Below are positions 1-9,664 of a stretch of 64,000 nucleotides of DNA, piece after piece. The notes beneath the pieces are model-generated. The model searched no databases. It saw only the letters and a program-made list of their open reading frames with translations, and had not been told where the DNA came from. The DNA comes from Pyrinomonas sp. (GTDB lineage Bacteria; Acidobacteriota; Blastocatellia; Pyrinomonadales; Pyrinomonadaceae). Both the position numbers and the translations under genes were made by a program. How positions within the stretch are numbered: the first letter of the stretch is position 1; every line of letters starts with the position of its first letter. The stretch lies in NCBI RefSeq assembly GCF_040289685.1, contig NZ_PSLQ01000002.1, positions 24,387 to 88,386 on the forward strand, written 5' to 3'.

Positions 1-152
1 TGCGATCTTCGATCACCATCGGACCGGCGTTTGCTGGGCCAGCCAAGCGCTTCTTCGTTAAGCTCTCGCGCGTCGTTCGTCTTGCAAAGCGCACGCTTAA
101 GGGAAAAATAACTTCGGGTCGCAACGAAAAAAGGTTGTCTTGAGGTCAAGCT

Positions 153-890
153 TTGGGCTGGCGGATCGTTGATCTCTTTTGCGACGCGCTGCTTGCCGTG
201 ACGTACCCGCACGGATGCGCGCTTTGCGGAGCGAGCGTGGAGGCGCGTGCGGATTGGCCTGCCTGCGCCGAGTGCTGGAAAGCAGCGCCGATCTTCGGCG
301 CTGATGAATCGTTGTGTAGTAAGTGCGGGGCGAAGTGGCAAGGAGCGAAGACGGACGCGTGTCGTCTCTGTGTGGCAGAGGAGTTCACTGCCGCGCGCGC
401 CGTCGGTTCCTATGACGGCGCGTTGCGCGCTGCCGTGCTCGAGCTGAAACGAACGCCCAAGATCGGCGCGCGGCTTGCCGATCTGCTCACCGCCGTTGCG
501 CGGTGCGAACCGCTCTGTCTTGCGACGCGCATCGTCGCCGTTCCGCTTCATGTCGAACGGCGACGCGAACGAGGTTTCAATCAAGCGGAGGTGATCGCTC
601 GCGCTGTCGGCAAAAGGCTCGCTTTGCCTGTGGATGAGAAGAGCCTCGTGCGCCTGGCCCATACGCCAACCTACCGTTCGCTGATGGATGCGCGTGCGCG
701 GCGGGGGAGCGTCGAGAAGGCGTTCGCCGTCGCTGCCCCGCGTTTGGTTCAGCGAGAGCGCATACTGCTGGTGGACGATGTGCTAACCACCGGCGCGACC
801 GCTTCAGCAGCGGCGCGCGCGCTTCTCGACGCTGGAGCCGAAGCGGTTTACGTGCTCAGCATCGCACGCGCCGCTTTCGTCGCGCGGTGA
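153..890 (+). CDS. comF: ComF-family protein (phosphoribosyltransferase fold, competence-associated)
   Basis: 245-aa ORF. N-terminal paired Cys motifs (CALCG..CAECW; CSKCG..CRLC) and C-terminal PRTase signature LLVDDVLTTGATASAAA. TTG start as in the ORF track; true start uncertain. Confidence 0.8.
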   Translation: MGWRIVDLFCDALLAVTYPHGCALCGASVEARADWPACAECWKAAPIFGADESLCSKCGAKWQGAKTDACRLCVAEEFTAARAVGSYDGALRAAVLELKRTPKIGARLADLLTAVARCEPLCLATRIVAVPLHVERRRERGFNQAEVIARAVGKRLALPVDEKSLVRLAHTPTYRSLMDARARRGSVEKAFAVAAPRLVQRERILLVDDVLTTGATASAAARALLDAGAEAVYVLSIARAAFVAR

Positions 891-1170
891 CCCTCTATGG
901 CAAAAGCACCGCTTGCGAGAGCCGCGTAAGTCTTCGGCAACTCGTTTGTAACACTGACCGTCTAACCTTCAAACGAAGGGGAACCGGCTGCGGCTAGCGA
1001 AGGGGCGCTTTTTGACACAAGCGACGAAAGTCGCGTAATATCGGGGCTGAAGGCCGTTTCATCGAGGCGAGCCTAAAGAGACGGTTGCGGAAGCTCAAAA
1101 CCTTGTTGCTCCAACATGCTCATTGGAGGGTTTCATCAAGGCGAGCCGAAGAAACGATTGCGGAATGGGT

Positions 1171-1698
1171 ATGAACAGGCGTGTTCTAGTATTAAATGCT
1201 TCCTACGAGCCGATCAACGTGTGTACCGAGCGGCGCGCCATCGTGATGATCTTCAAGGGGGTCGCGCGCGTCGAAGAGTACAATGGGCATCTGATCCGTT
1301 CGGCTCGCATGGAGATGCGTGCGCCTTCGGTCATTCGTTTGACCGACTATATTCATATCCCTTACAAGAATCGCACGCTCTCGCGCAAGAACATCTTGCT
1401 GCGCGACCATTCGACGTGCCAGTACTGCGGTCAACACCTTCCGCCGTCGGAGTTGACGCTCGACCACGTCGTTCCGCGCTCGCGTGGCGGCGAATCGACC
1501 TGGGATAACCTGGTCGCGTGCTGCAGGCGGTGCAACCACCGCAAAGGCAACCGCACGCCCGAAGAGGCTGGCATGAAGCTCATTCGGCGTCCGCGTGGAT
1601 TCTCGCTCCATGTCAATCGGCAGATCATGCGCTATTTGGGACGGACCGATGAGACGTGGAGAAAGTATCTGTTCTACGAATCGGACGCGCAAAGCTGA
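1171..1698 (+). CDS. HNH endonuclease
   Basis: ORF 1123-1698 trimmed to ATG 1171 ([14 protein letters not shown]; ATG 1165 also possible). HNH motif CQYCG...[33 protein letters not shown]. Confidence 0.85.
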   Translation: MNRRVLVLNASYEPINVCTERRAIVMIFKGVARVEEYNGHLIRSARMEMRAPSVIRLTDYIHIPYKNRTLSRKNILLRDHSTCQYCGQHLPPSELTLDHVVPRSRGGESTWDNLVACCRRCNHRKGNRTPEEAGMKLIRRPRGFSLHVNRQIMRYLGRTDETWRKYLFYESDAQS

Positions 1699-1733
1699 AA
1701 GCGCGTCGCTCAGAGGAACGTAGAGGAAAGACA

Positions 1734-1991
1734 ATGTACCAGATGGCTCTCGGTTATCAAGAGCTGCTCGTCATCCTATTCATCTTGTTGCTGCTTTTTG
1801 GTAGCACCCGTTTGCCGCAGCTTGCGCGTGGTTTAGGCAAGAGCATACGCGAATTCAAGCGCGGCGTCGCCGAAGGGGAAGCGGCAGCTGATGAGCAACC
1901 TGAACTGCCGCGGCGCGAAGCGTTGCGCGCACCCGAAGGCAGCCGGCTTGAAGATGAGCGTACGGCGAGCAGAGCTGAAAAGCTCCGTTAG
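1734..1991 (+). CDS. tatA: Twin-arginine translocase subunit TatA/E
   Basis: ORF 1656-1991 trimmed to ATG 1734 (85 aa). One N-terminal TM helix plus an amphipathic helix: LLVILFILLLLFGSTRLPQLARGLGKSIREFKRG. Confidence 0.85.
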   Translation: MYQMALGYQELLVILFILLLLFGSTRLPQLARGLGKSIREFKRGVAEGEAAADEQPELPRREALRAPEGSRLEDERTASRAEKLR

Positions 1992-2044
1992 CTTCAGATC
2001 ACTGGATGAGATCGGCGTCGGACTGAGCGACTTGAAAGGTCCGA

Positions 2045-2081
2045 CGCCTTTCGTCTCGTATCGAGAACGAAGCGAAAGGCG
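2045..2081 (+). terminator. Hairpin downstream of tatA (weak terminator candidate)
   Basis: Arms cgcctttcg (2045-2053) and cgaaaggcg (2073-2081) enclose an inner tctcg-tat-cgaga stem-loop, about 55 nt after the tatA stop. No U-tract follows. Confidence 0.3.
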
Positions 2082-2755
2082 ATCACGCCGCGAGCCCGCA
2101 CCGGTTGGCCGGAAACCAAAGCCGGCGTGAAGCGTGCGTGGCGCGTGACCGCCGCTGCACGATGAGGCGCCGATGATCTGCGCCGAAATGACGTGCTGCA
2201 TCTCATTGGTCAAAATCTCCGCTTCAACCTTCGTTTCGACCGTGCTGGCGATGCCCAAACGGCGAGCGATCTCCCGATATTTCGCTATTAAACCGAGCTC
2301 CCGACCATAAACCGCTCCGAGCGAAGTGGTGCGCGCTGGACGCAGTTTCGGCTCTTTGAGCGGTAATAAAGGGGACAGCTCGATCACTTTGATGAGAGGC
2401 CCGTCTTGAGGCATTTCGCCAATCGCGAGCGACGAACATTGCGCGCGGTTACGGTTCGGCTTCGCCCATCAAGCAGCCCCACACGGTCAAGAGCGCTAGC
2501 AGCGACGCGTGAACGTTGGCAGCGACGATCAGCGACAACGCGCCGTCGCAAGCGATTGTGCGTTCGACCGGATGCGAGAAGACCGTTCGGCTGCTTTCGC
2601 CTGTCACCGACTCCTCGAGAAGCAATGAATTTTGGGCTTCGGACGAAGCGATTTGTTCCCGCGCGCTTTGAGTTGTAGACGGTTTTCAGCGATGATTTTA
2701 TCTTCAAGGAGTTCCAAGTCGAGACGCGTCGCTGAGTTTTGCGAGAAGAAAGGGG

Positions 2756-4117
2756 ATGGCTAAAACGCCTGCGACACATTACGTTTGTCAAAACTGCGGT
2801 CATCAGGCGCGCAAGTGGCTGGGCAAATGCCCTGATTGCGGCGAGTGGAACTCGTTCGTCGAAGAGCGCGCGCCTGCGGTCACCAAAGGGCGCGCGCGAG
2901 GTCCAACACGGCACGCACGCCCCGTCCCCTATAGCGAGATCGAATCACAGGATGAGGCGCGCATTTCGTCTGGAATAACCGAGTTCGACCGCGTTCTCGG
3001 GGGCGGCATCGTCCCCGGCAGTTTGGTGCTTATCGGTGGCGATCCGGGCATTGGCAAATCGACATTGCTCGCACAGGTCGCTGACCGCTTGAGCGCGCAG
3101 GGCCTTGTCGTGCTCTACGTGTCGGGCGAGGAATCGGAACGACAGATCAAAATGCGCGGCGAGCGGCTCGGATTGGAAGCGGAAAATCTCTATCTGTTGC
3201 CGGAGACCAATCTCGAAACGATCATCGGAGAGATCGAACGCATGGCGCCCGGCGCGGTGATCATCGATTCGGTTCAGACGGTCTTTTCGGCCAGCTTGGA
3301 GTCGGCCCCGGGATCGGTCTCGCAAGTGCGCGAAGCGGCCAGTCGGTTGCTCATGCTTGCCAAGAGCTTGACCATCCCCGTTTTTCTCATCGGACACGTA
3401 ACCAAAGAAGGAGCCATCGCCGGGCCGAAAGCGCTGGAGCACATCGTCGATACGGTGCTTTATTTCGAGGGCGAACGCCACCATCAGCATCGCATCGTGC
3501 GCGCAGCGAAGAACCGCTTTGGCGCGACCAATGAGCTCGGCGTCTTCGAGATGACCGGACGCGGTCTTGTCCCCGTGGCGAATCCCTCGGAGATCTTCCT
3601 GCAAGAGCGTCCGATAGGGGCGGCTGGCTCGGTCGTCACGGCGTGCATGGAAGGAACGCGTCCGATGCTGGTCGAAATACAGGCGCTGGTTTCGGGCTCG
3701 AAGTACGGTGCGGGACGGCGCGTCGCGGAAGGCATCGAGTTCAATCGCGTCTCACTGCTGATCGCCATGCTGGAAAAGCGCATGGGCTTTCACTTGCTTG
3801 GCGATGATGTGTTCGTCAATGTTGCAGGCGGCCTCGAAATAGATGAACCTGCCGCCGACCTCGGCATCGTCGCCGCCATCGCTTCGAGCTTTCGCAACTT
3901 GCCCGTGGAGCCGCACACGGTGGTCTTCGGCGAAGTGGGATTGACGGGCGAAGTGCGCGGTAGCTTGCAGGCCGCGGCGCGCGCGCGCGAAGCGCAAGCG
4001 CTCGGTTTTCGGCGCATCATCATGCCTGCTTCCAATACGGCCGGTCTCCAAAAGCTTCTCGGCGTGAGAGTCGTCGGCGTGCGGTCAGTGGAAGAAGCGC
4101 TGGACGCGCTCTTTTGA
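2756..4117 (+). CDS. radA: DNA repair protein RadA/Sms
   Basis: 453 aa. N-terminal C4 zinc ribbon (CQNCG..CPDCG), Walker A GDPGIGKST, KNRFG motif, C-terminal Lon-protease-like domain. Confidence 0.95.
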   Translation: MAKTPATHYVCQNCGHQARKWLGKCPDCGEWNSFVEERAPAVTKGRARGPTRHARPVPYSEIESQDEARISSGITEFDRVLGGGIVPGSLVLIGGDPGIGKSTLLAQVADRLSAQGLVVLYVSGEESERQIKMRGERLGLEAENLYLLPETNLETIIGEIERMAPGAVIIDSVQTVFSASLESAPGSVSQVREAASRLLMLAKSLTIPVFLIGHVTKEGAIAGPKALEHIVDTVLYFEGERHHQHRIVRAAKNRFGATNELGVFEMTGRGLVPVANPSEIFLQERPIGAAGSVVTACMEGTRPMLVEIQALVSGSKYGAGRRVAEGIEFNRVSLLIAMLEKRMGFHLLGDDVFVNVAGGLEIDEPAADLGIVAAIASSFRNLPVEPHTVVFGEVGLTGEVRGSLQAAARAREAQALGFRRIIMPASNTAGLQKLLGVRVVGVRSVEEALDALF

Positions 4118-4167
4118 GACGTAGTGGAACGCTTGTCAATTTTGACGAAAACTAGGGAGAAAGATTT

Positions 4168-4556
4168 TGGTGGAGGCGCCGAGACTCGAACTCGGGTCCA
4201 GAAGCCGTCACTCTCGGACTCTACATGCTTAGCCGCTTCTCTTTGGCTTGTGCAAGCCATCTTCGTCGTCTGCGGGTAAGTGAAGCGGCGAAGACCCCGT
4301 CGACGACTAGTTCGGATCGGTTCTTCGCTCGCGCTCCCCGAACGCCGAAGCGCGAGCTAGCTCACTTCGGGTGACATCTCATCTTGTCGGCGTGAGCGAC
4401 CGACAAGCGAGACGCTCGCTTGCGTCTTTAAGCAGCGAGAGCCAATTCTTGAGTATTGGCAGTTGTTTTCCCCCATGCTTTTTAACGAGCTGCATGGAGC
4501 AAGCCCGGCATGCATCCGACGAGCGACTTTGACTTCTGTCGAAACCTGTCGCCCCC
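4168..4556 (-). ncRNA. ssrA: tmRNA (SsrA)
   Basis: The reverse complement starts GGGGGCGACAGGTTTCGAC and ends GGACCCGAGTTCGAGTCTCGGCGCCTCCACCA, a tRNA-like T-arm and acceptor with CCA. The internal tag frame GCC AAT ACT CAA GAA TTG GCT CTC GCT GCT TAA (4428-4460) encodes ANTQELALAA, with the canonical ALAA end. Confidence 0.9.
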
Positions 4557-4593
4557 GAAATCCCTCAGATACAAATTCTAAAGGACGCATATA

Positions 4594-4622
4594 ATAATAC
4601 AGGACTTTTCGCTGGAATTCAA
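4594..4622 (-). promoter_or_regulatory. Sigma70-like promoter candidate for ssrA
   Basis: On the minus strand: TTGAAT (4622-4617), 17-nt spacer, TATTAT (4599-4594). It lies about 40 nt upstream of the mature tmRNA 5' end, consistent with a processed leader. Confidence 0.45.
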
Positions 4623-4919
4623 GGAAGGACGACCGAAAAGCATTCGCGCCGTAGCGGTCCGCGCACCGCCTCTTATCCTCCACCCTGGGGGTTGGGCTTT
4701 ACGGCGCGTTTCGGCAATCAACTCGATGCTCTAGGGCAACCATTCAGCAGCGAAATCCAAACCGTTTGATCTCCCAAGCGTCCGAAAAAGCGTGCAACGG
4801 CGCGGCGCGCGGGGCGTTGGCATCAGCGAGGCGCTCCAAGTTATAATTTCCGGCGCGATGCGGTCTGTTCTCTCCCTGCTCTGTACGACGGCAACCAACC
4901 CTGAAACGAGGTCCATCGG

Positions 4920-7481
4920 ATGGCGAACAGGATGACGGAGTTTGATCGGAAGAGGGGCGCTTTCAACAAGAAGAGCAAGAGCGCGGTGGCGCGTCGCTTG
5001 TGGCTTCCGGTGCTTTTACTGCTGGCGCTCACCGCTGGCGGGTTAACCGGCATCGTCATCGCTTACTGGCTGAACTACTCGCGCGCTGCCAGCGAAGTGG
5101 CGGCGCTGGCGACATATCGGCCCAGCGTCGTCACGCGCGTTTACGCCGACGACGGCGAGACGGTGATCGGTGAATTCGCGCTCGAACGGCGCATCCCGAT
5201 CAAGTATGATGACATTCCGCCGGTGCTCAGAAACGCCATCCTCGCCGTCGAGGACGTACGCTTTTTCGATCACATCGGACTCGACCCGATTCGCATTCTC
5301 GGTGCGCTTTACAAGAACGTCACCTTGGGCCGGCGCGAAGGCGGTTCAACCTTGACGCAACAACTGGCGCGCAACCTCTTCTTGTCGCGCGAGCAGACCT
5401 ATCGCCGCAAATTCAACGAGTGGCTGGTGGCGCTTCAGATCGAGCGGTATTACACCAAGAAGCAGATCTTTGAGATGTACGCCAACCACATTTTCCTCGG
5501 CGCCGGATCCTACGGATTCGAAGCGGCGGCCGAGACCTATTTCGGCAAGACGGTCAAGGATTTGACGCTCGAAGAGGCGGCGTTGTTGGCAGGCATTCCG
5601 AAGGCTCCAAGTCAGTATTCGCCAACCGTCAACCCGCGCGCGGCCAAGGAGCGGCGCGATCTCGTCCTCCAGTTAATGGCCGACAACGGCTTCATTTCGC
5701 AAGCGGAAGCCGATGCGGCCAAGGCCAAGCCGATCAAGCTTGCTGACACGGCCTACTATCCGGCGCAACAGCGTTCAACGCCGTTCGACTATCCGGTGGA
5801 AGAGATCCGGCAGTATTTGGAGGACAAGTACACGACGCGCGTTGCGCAGGGCGGGCTGAGCGTCTATTCGACGATCAACGTCGCCGCGCAGAAGAAAGCT
5901 TACCAAGCCTTGCGCGCTGGATTGCGCGAGTACGATCGCACCCACAGCGGCTGGCGTTCGGCCTACATCCGCGCTGAGATCAACGGCGTGCCCGTGACGA
6001 CGCCGCAGCAGCTAGCGAGCTACAAACATCCTGATTGGTACGGCAATGACTACGAACCGGGTGAATACGTCAAGGGTTTGATCGTCGCGGTGGACCGGAC
6101 ACGCAACGAAGCGACCGTCCGTTTCGGCAGCTACTACGCGACCGTGACGGCTAAAGACATGGGACGTTCAGGACGTCAGCCGAAAGATGAGCTGCCCGTC
6201 GGGTACTTAGCTGAGTTCAAGATCAAGGAGGTGGATCACGACAACCAGCGGCTTAAGGTCGAACTGTCGCAAATCCCGGCGGTGCAAGGAGCGCTCGTTT
6301 GCTTGAACGCCAAAACCGGCGAGATCGTCGCCATGGTTGGCGGCTACGATTTTACGACCAACAAGTTCAACAACGCGACGCAAGCCTACCGCCAAACGGG
6401 ATCGGCCTTCAAACCATTCGTCTACACGGCGGCTGTGGAGTGGGGGTTGACGCCCGATTCGATCATCAGCGGTGCGCCGATCAAGCGCGGCGACTGGCAA
6501 CCGCACAACTACGACGGTTCGACGAGCAATCCGGACGTGCCGATGAAGATCGCGCTGGCTAAGTCTTTGAACATCCCAGCCGTCCATCTACTCGATATGG
6601 TCGGCATTCAAACGGGTGCGCAGATGGTCCGTCGCTTCGGCATCACGGTGCCGATGGCGCCCTATCTGCCTTCGGCGCTTGGTGCCACTGAAGTGCCGCT
6701 CATTCAAATGGTGTCGGCTTACTCGGCCTTCCCCAACAAAGGCGTGCGCGTCGAACCGCACTTGATCCGTCGCGTGATCGATCGCGACGGCAACGTGCTC
6801 GAAGAGTGGCAGCGGACCACCTACAAGGTGACCAGCGAATACGTCGCTTTGACCATGGTCCAAATGATGCGCGGCGTCGTCGAGTTCGGAACGGCTGTGG
6901 CGGCCAAATCGCTTGGCGTGCCATTGGCGGGCAAGACCGGTACGGTCAACGACCATACGGACGTTTGGTTCATCGGCTACACGCCAACCTACGTCACGGG
7001 CGTGTGGATGGGATATCCGGAGCGGAAGAAGTCGCTCGGGCGCGATATGACCGGTGGACGCGGCGCGCTTCCAATCTTCATTGATTTCATGAAGGATTTC
7101 CTGAAGAATAAACCGAAAGAGGATTTTGAAAAGCCGCCCGCGATGCCGGAAGACATACGCCAACTCTATTTGCAGCGCCAGCGCGAAATGGCGGAAGAAC
7201 GAGCGCAACAAGCAGCGCTCGACGCCAAGAACGCGCTGCCAGCATCGAGCACTGAGTTAAAGCTCGAAGAGATCGCGCTGCCCCCTGTGCCGCCGGGAAT
7301 AGACGGAGCACCAACGGTGAACGAGGTGAAACCACAAGCGACGCCGCGGCAAGTCGAGGAGCCGAGCAAACCTTCGCGCGAAGCCGCCCCGCCGCCAGCA
7401 GAAGCGACGCGCCCGAGGCAGGTCGAAACGGAAAAGAAGAAGGGGAAGAAAGGAGGCGAAGAGGGCGGGAGCACGCCTTGA
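4920..7481 (+). CDS. mrcA: Class A penicillin-binding protein (PBP1A; transglycosylase/transpeptidase)
   Basis: 853 aa. N-terminal TM anchor, GT51 motifs EDVRFFDHIGLD and GGSTLTQQLARN, transpeptidase motifs SAFKP (SxxK), SLN and KTGT. Pro/Glu/Lys-rich C-terminal tail. Confidence 0.92.
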   Translation: MANRMTEFDRKRGAFNKKSKSAVARRLWLPVLLLLALTAGGLTGIVIAYWLNYSRAASEVAALATYRPSVVTRVYADDGETVIGEFALERRIPIKYDDIPPVLRNAILAVEDVRFFDHIGLDPIRILGALYKNVTLGRREGGSTLTQQLARNLFLSREQTYRRKFNEWLVALQIERYYTKKQIFEMYANHIFLGAGSYGFEAAAETYFGKTVKDLTLEEAALLAGIPKAPSQYSPTVNPRAAKERRDLVLQLMADNGFISQAEADAAKAKPIKLADTAYYPAQQRSTPFDYPVEEIRQYLEDKYTTRVAQGGLSVYSTINVAAQKKAYQALRAGLREYDRTHSGWRSAYIRAEINGVPVTTPQQLASYKHPDWYGNDYEPGEYVKGLIVAVDRTRNEATVRFGSYYATVTAKDMGRSGRQPKDELPVGYLAEFKIKEVDHDNQRLKVELSQIPAVQGALVCLNAKTGEIVAMVGGYDFTTNKFNNATQAYRQTGSAFKPFVYTAAVEWGLTPDSIISGAPIKRGDWQPHNYDGSTSNPDVPMKIALAKSLNIPAVHLLDMVGIQTGAQMVRRFGITVPMAPYLPSALGATEVPLIQMVSAYSAFPNKGVRVEPHLIRRVIDRDGNVLEEWQRTTYKVTSEYVALTMVQMMRGVVEFGTAVAAKSLGVPLAGKTGTVNDHTDVWFIGYTPTYVTGVWMGYPERKKSLGRDMTGGRGALPIFIDFMKDFLKNKPKEDFEKPPAMPEDIRQLYLQRQREMAEERAQQAALDAKNALPASSTELKLEEIALPPVPPGIDGAPTVNEVKPQATPRQVEEPSKPSREAAPPPAEATRPRQVETEKKKGKKGGEEGGSTP

Positions 7482-7971
7482 AACGGGGCGCGGCGGAGGA
7501 GGCTGGCGACCTCGTTCGACTCCAACGTATGAAACGGTCAAGCCGAAAGGAGTTTTAAGCGGTCGGGGGCTCGATCGGAAATCGGGTTGTGAAAGGTCGC
7601 TCGAAAGGTCGAAATGTCTCACACGCGGCTTTGGGCGCTGAAACTTCTGACTGCAGGCGCATGGAAAAGCGGGATTTCAGAAACTAGGCGATCGCCCGGT
7701 CAAGTCTTGAACGGGATTGGCCTGTGCCAGAGAGCGGCCCCTTGCAACAGCACGCGCTTTCCGTCGCCTCCAAATCGTCCCGCGTTTCAACAGACCTCGT
7801 AACAGTGCGTTTGAAATGGACGTTCGAATATTAAAATTCAGAGGAATTTAAGTTTTTCTGAAAGTAAAGGCGGTGAGATGCGCCGCTCGAACTTTTCCGC
7901 TGTGGGCTTGAAACAGTCATGATGGAGCGCCGTATCCGCACCGGATCTTGAGCTTTCCCGCTGGGCCTAAA

Positions 7972-8547
7972 CTACGTTTTCCTGAGCGGATGCCCACAAC
8001 GGCTGCAGTAGCGCGCGGTCAATTCGCGCTGCACTGCGCCGCACGACGTGCACGTTAAACTGGGGCGCAAGTCGGCGCCGCAAGTCGTGCAGAAAGAGGA
8101 GTTGGCCGTGATGGTCGCGCCACATGTGCCGCACCGTCCGGGCAGCGGCGGAACGTAACCGCCTGCTCGTCGGCTGATGTGATCTTCGATCACTTTCCAA
8201 GCTTCCTCGGTCAATCTGTATTGCCAGTATGCACCGATGGCCGGAAGCGCGAGCAGCAGCCCAGACGAAAGGATGGCTGCGACCACCGCCACCGCCGCTT
8301 TGTCGAACCATTTCTGCATGCCGATTTCAACGCGCGTGCCGCCGTGTTCGGGCGTGATCTTGACGGTGAGCGCATAGGAAAGGCCGGTGATGTTGCGCCA
8401 CGTGCTCGACTTGCGCGCTTGGAGCACGGCCGTCGCCGCGACGTGCATGGTCTGCGTTTCGTACTCGTCTTGATCGAAGATGCGGCGTAGCTCGGCGATC
8501 AGTTCCGGCACATCGACTTCTACGCCCGGGTAATATCTAGCTTCCAT
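7972..8547 (-). CDS. Zinc-ribbon domain membrane protein (function unknown)
   Basis: ORF 7972-8826 trimmed to ATG 8547 (MEARYYPG), which sits behind GGAGA. One TM segment (AAVAVVAAILSSGLLLALPAIGAYW). The C-terminus has three CxxC pairs (CGTCG, CTTCG, CTSCG, CSRCG). Confidence 0.6.
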   Translation of the reverse strand: MEARYYPGVEVDVPELIAELRRIFDQDEYETQTMHVAATAVLQARKSSTWRNITGLSYALTVKITPEHGGTRVEIGMQKWFDKAAVAVVAAILSSGLLLALPAIGAYWQYRLTEEAWKVIEDHISRRAGGYVPPLPGRCGTCGATITANSSFCTTCGADLRPSLTCTSCGAVQRELTARYCSRCGHPLRKT

Positions 8548-8829
8548 GCGCTGATCTCCTGCGAAAGTTGTTTGCGCGAATGATTGTACCCCAAAAGCGT
8601 GACCGCGCATGAAGCGTGCGCGTGCGTTGTGCGGACTGGACCAAGGAGTTCCCGAAAAGACTATTTCGACGGCGCTGAATGGCGCTGCGGGCGCGCTGGC
8701 GCAGAACAAAATACGAGGGACAATCGGCAAAAGACAACGGTCAGGAGCGAAGGGCACGCAAGATGAGTCTGTTTTCAAGGCGCGTCGTTCGATCTTCGGC
8801 GTGCGCTTGGATATTCCGAGTCGCACCGT

Positions 8830-9621
8830 TCAGCACACGCTCATCCCACCGCAGACGTTGATGCTTTGCGCCGTGATGGACGAGGCGGCATCCGACGCGA
8901 GAAATGCTACCGCCTCGGCGATCTCTAAAGCAGTTGGATGGCGGCCCAGCAGAGCGCGTCGGCGCATGTTCTCTTCCATCGCCTCCGGCGCCGCGCCAAA
9001 GCGCGCGCCGAGCTTCTGCATGAATTCGCGCGCCAGCTCCGTATCGGGCACGAGCCCCGGAACGACGGCGTTGACCGTGATGTTGTGGGGGCCGAGTTCG
9101 GCGGCGAGCACGCGCGTCAGTGCAAGCAGGCCGGCTTTGGCAGCGGCATCCGCGCTGGCGAATGGAAGGGCGTTCTTGGCGCTCAGCGAGGCGATGTTGA
9201 TGATGCGTCCGCTCCGTTGCTCTTGAAGATGCGGGATCACGGCGCGACAGAAGAGAAAGGGACCGCGTAGGTTGGTTCGCAAGATCCCATCCCAAGTCTC
9301 AACGCTCATCTCCGCGACCGACAGACCGACGCCGGTGTGAGCTGCGTTGTTGACGAGGATGTCGATCCTTCCGTCAACGTCGCGTGCGATGCTGACGATG
9401 CGGTTGATGTCCTCTTCGTTCGTTGCGTCCCCAACGGCGATCACGGCGCGCCCACCGAAGGATTCGATCTCGCGCTGCACGGCTTCGAGCTGTTCTCTGG
9501 TGCGCGAATTGAGGACCACCGCGGCCCCTTCGCGCGCTAGCTTCTCTGCGATGGCGCGCCCGAGGCCGCGCCCGCTGCCCGTGACGATCGCCACTTTCTC
9601 CTTCAATCTGCGTTGCATCAT
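8830..9621 (-). CDS. Short-chain dehydrogenase/reductase (FabG-like) with Asp at the catalytic Tyr position
   Basis: Trimmed to ATGATG 9621 behind GAGGAA. Rossmann motif TGSGRGLGRAIA, NNAA motif, Ser in NIASLS. The expected YxxxK reads DAAAK: ADAAAKAG aligns with E. coli FabG NYAAAKAG. Confidence 0.88.
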   Translation of the reverse strand: MMQRRLKEKVAIVTGSGRGLGRAIAEKLAREGAAVVLNSRTREQLEAVQREIESFGGRAVIAVGDATNEEDINRIVSIARDVDGRIDILVNNAAHTGVGLSVAEMSVETWDGILRTNLRGPFLFCRAVIPHLQEQRSGRIINIASLSAKNALPFASADAAAKAGLLALTRVLAAELGPHNITVNAVVPGLVPDTELAREFMQKLGARFGAAPEAMEENMRRRALLGRHPTALEIAEAVAFLASDAASSITAQSINVCGGMSVC

Positions 9622-9664
9622 TTCCTCTGCTCTGACAATATGACGCGCGGTCTGTCGCGCTGGA

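Noticed and set aside
4357-4683. 108-aa minus-strand ORF
   Set aside because: It overlaps the 5' half of the tmRNA and its promoter. The locus is explained by ssrA.
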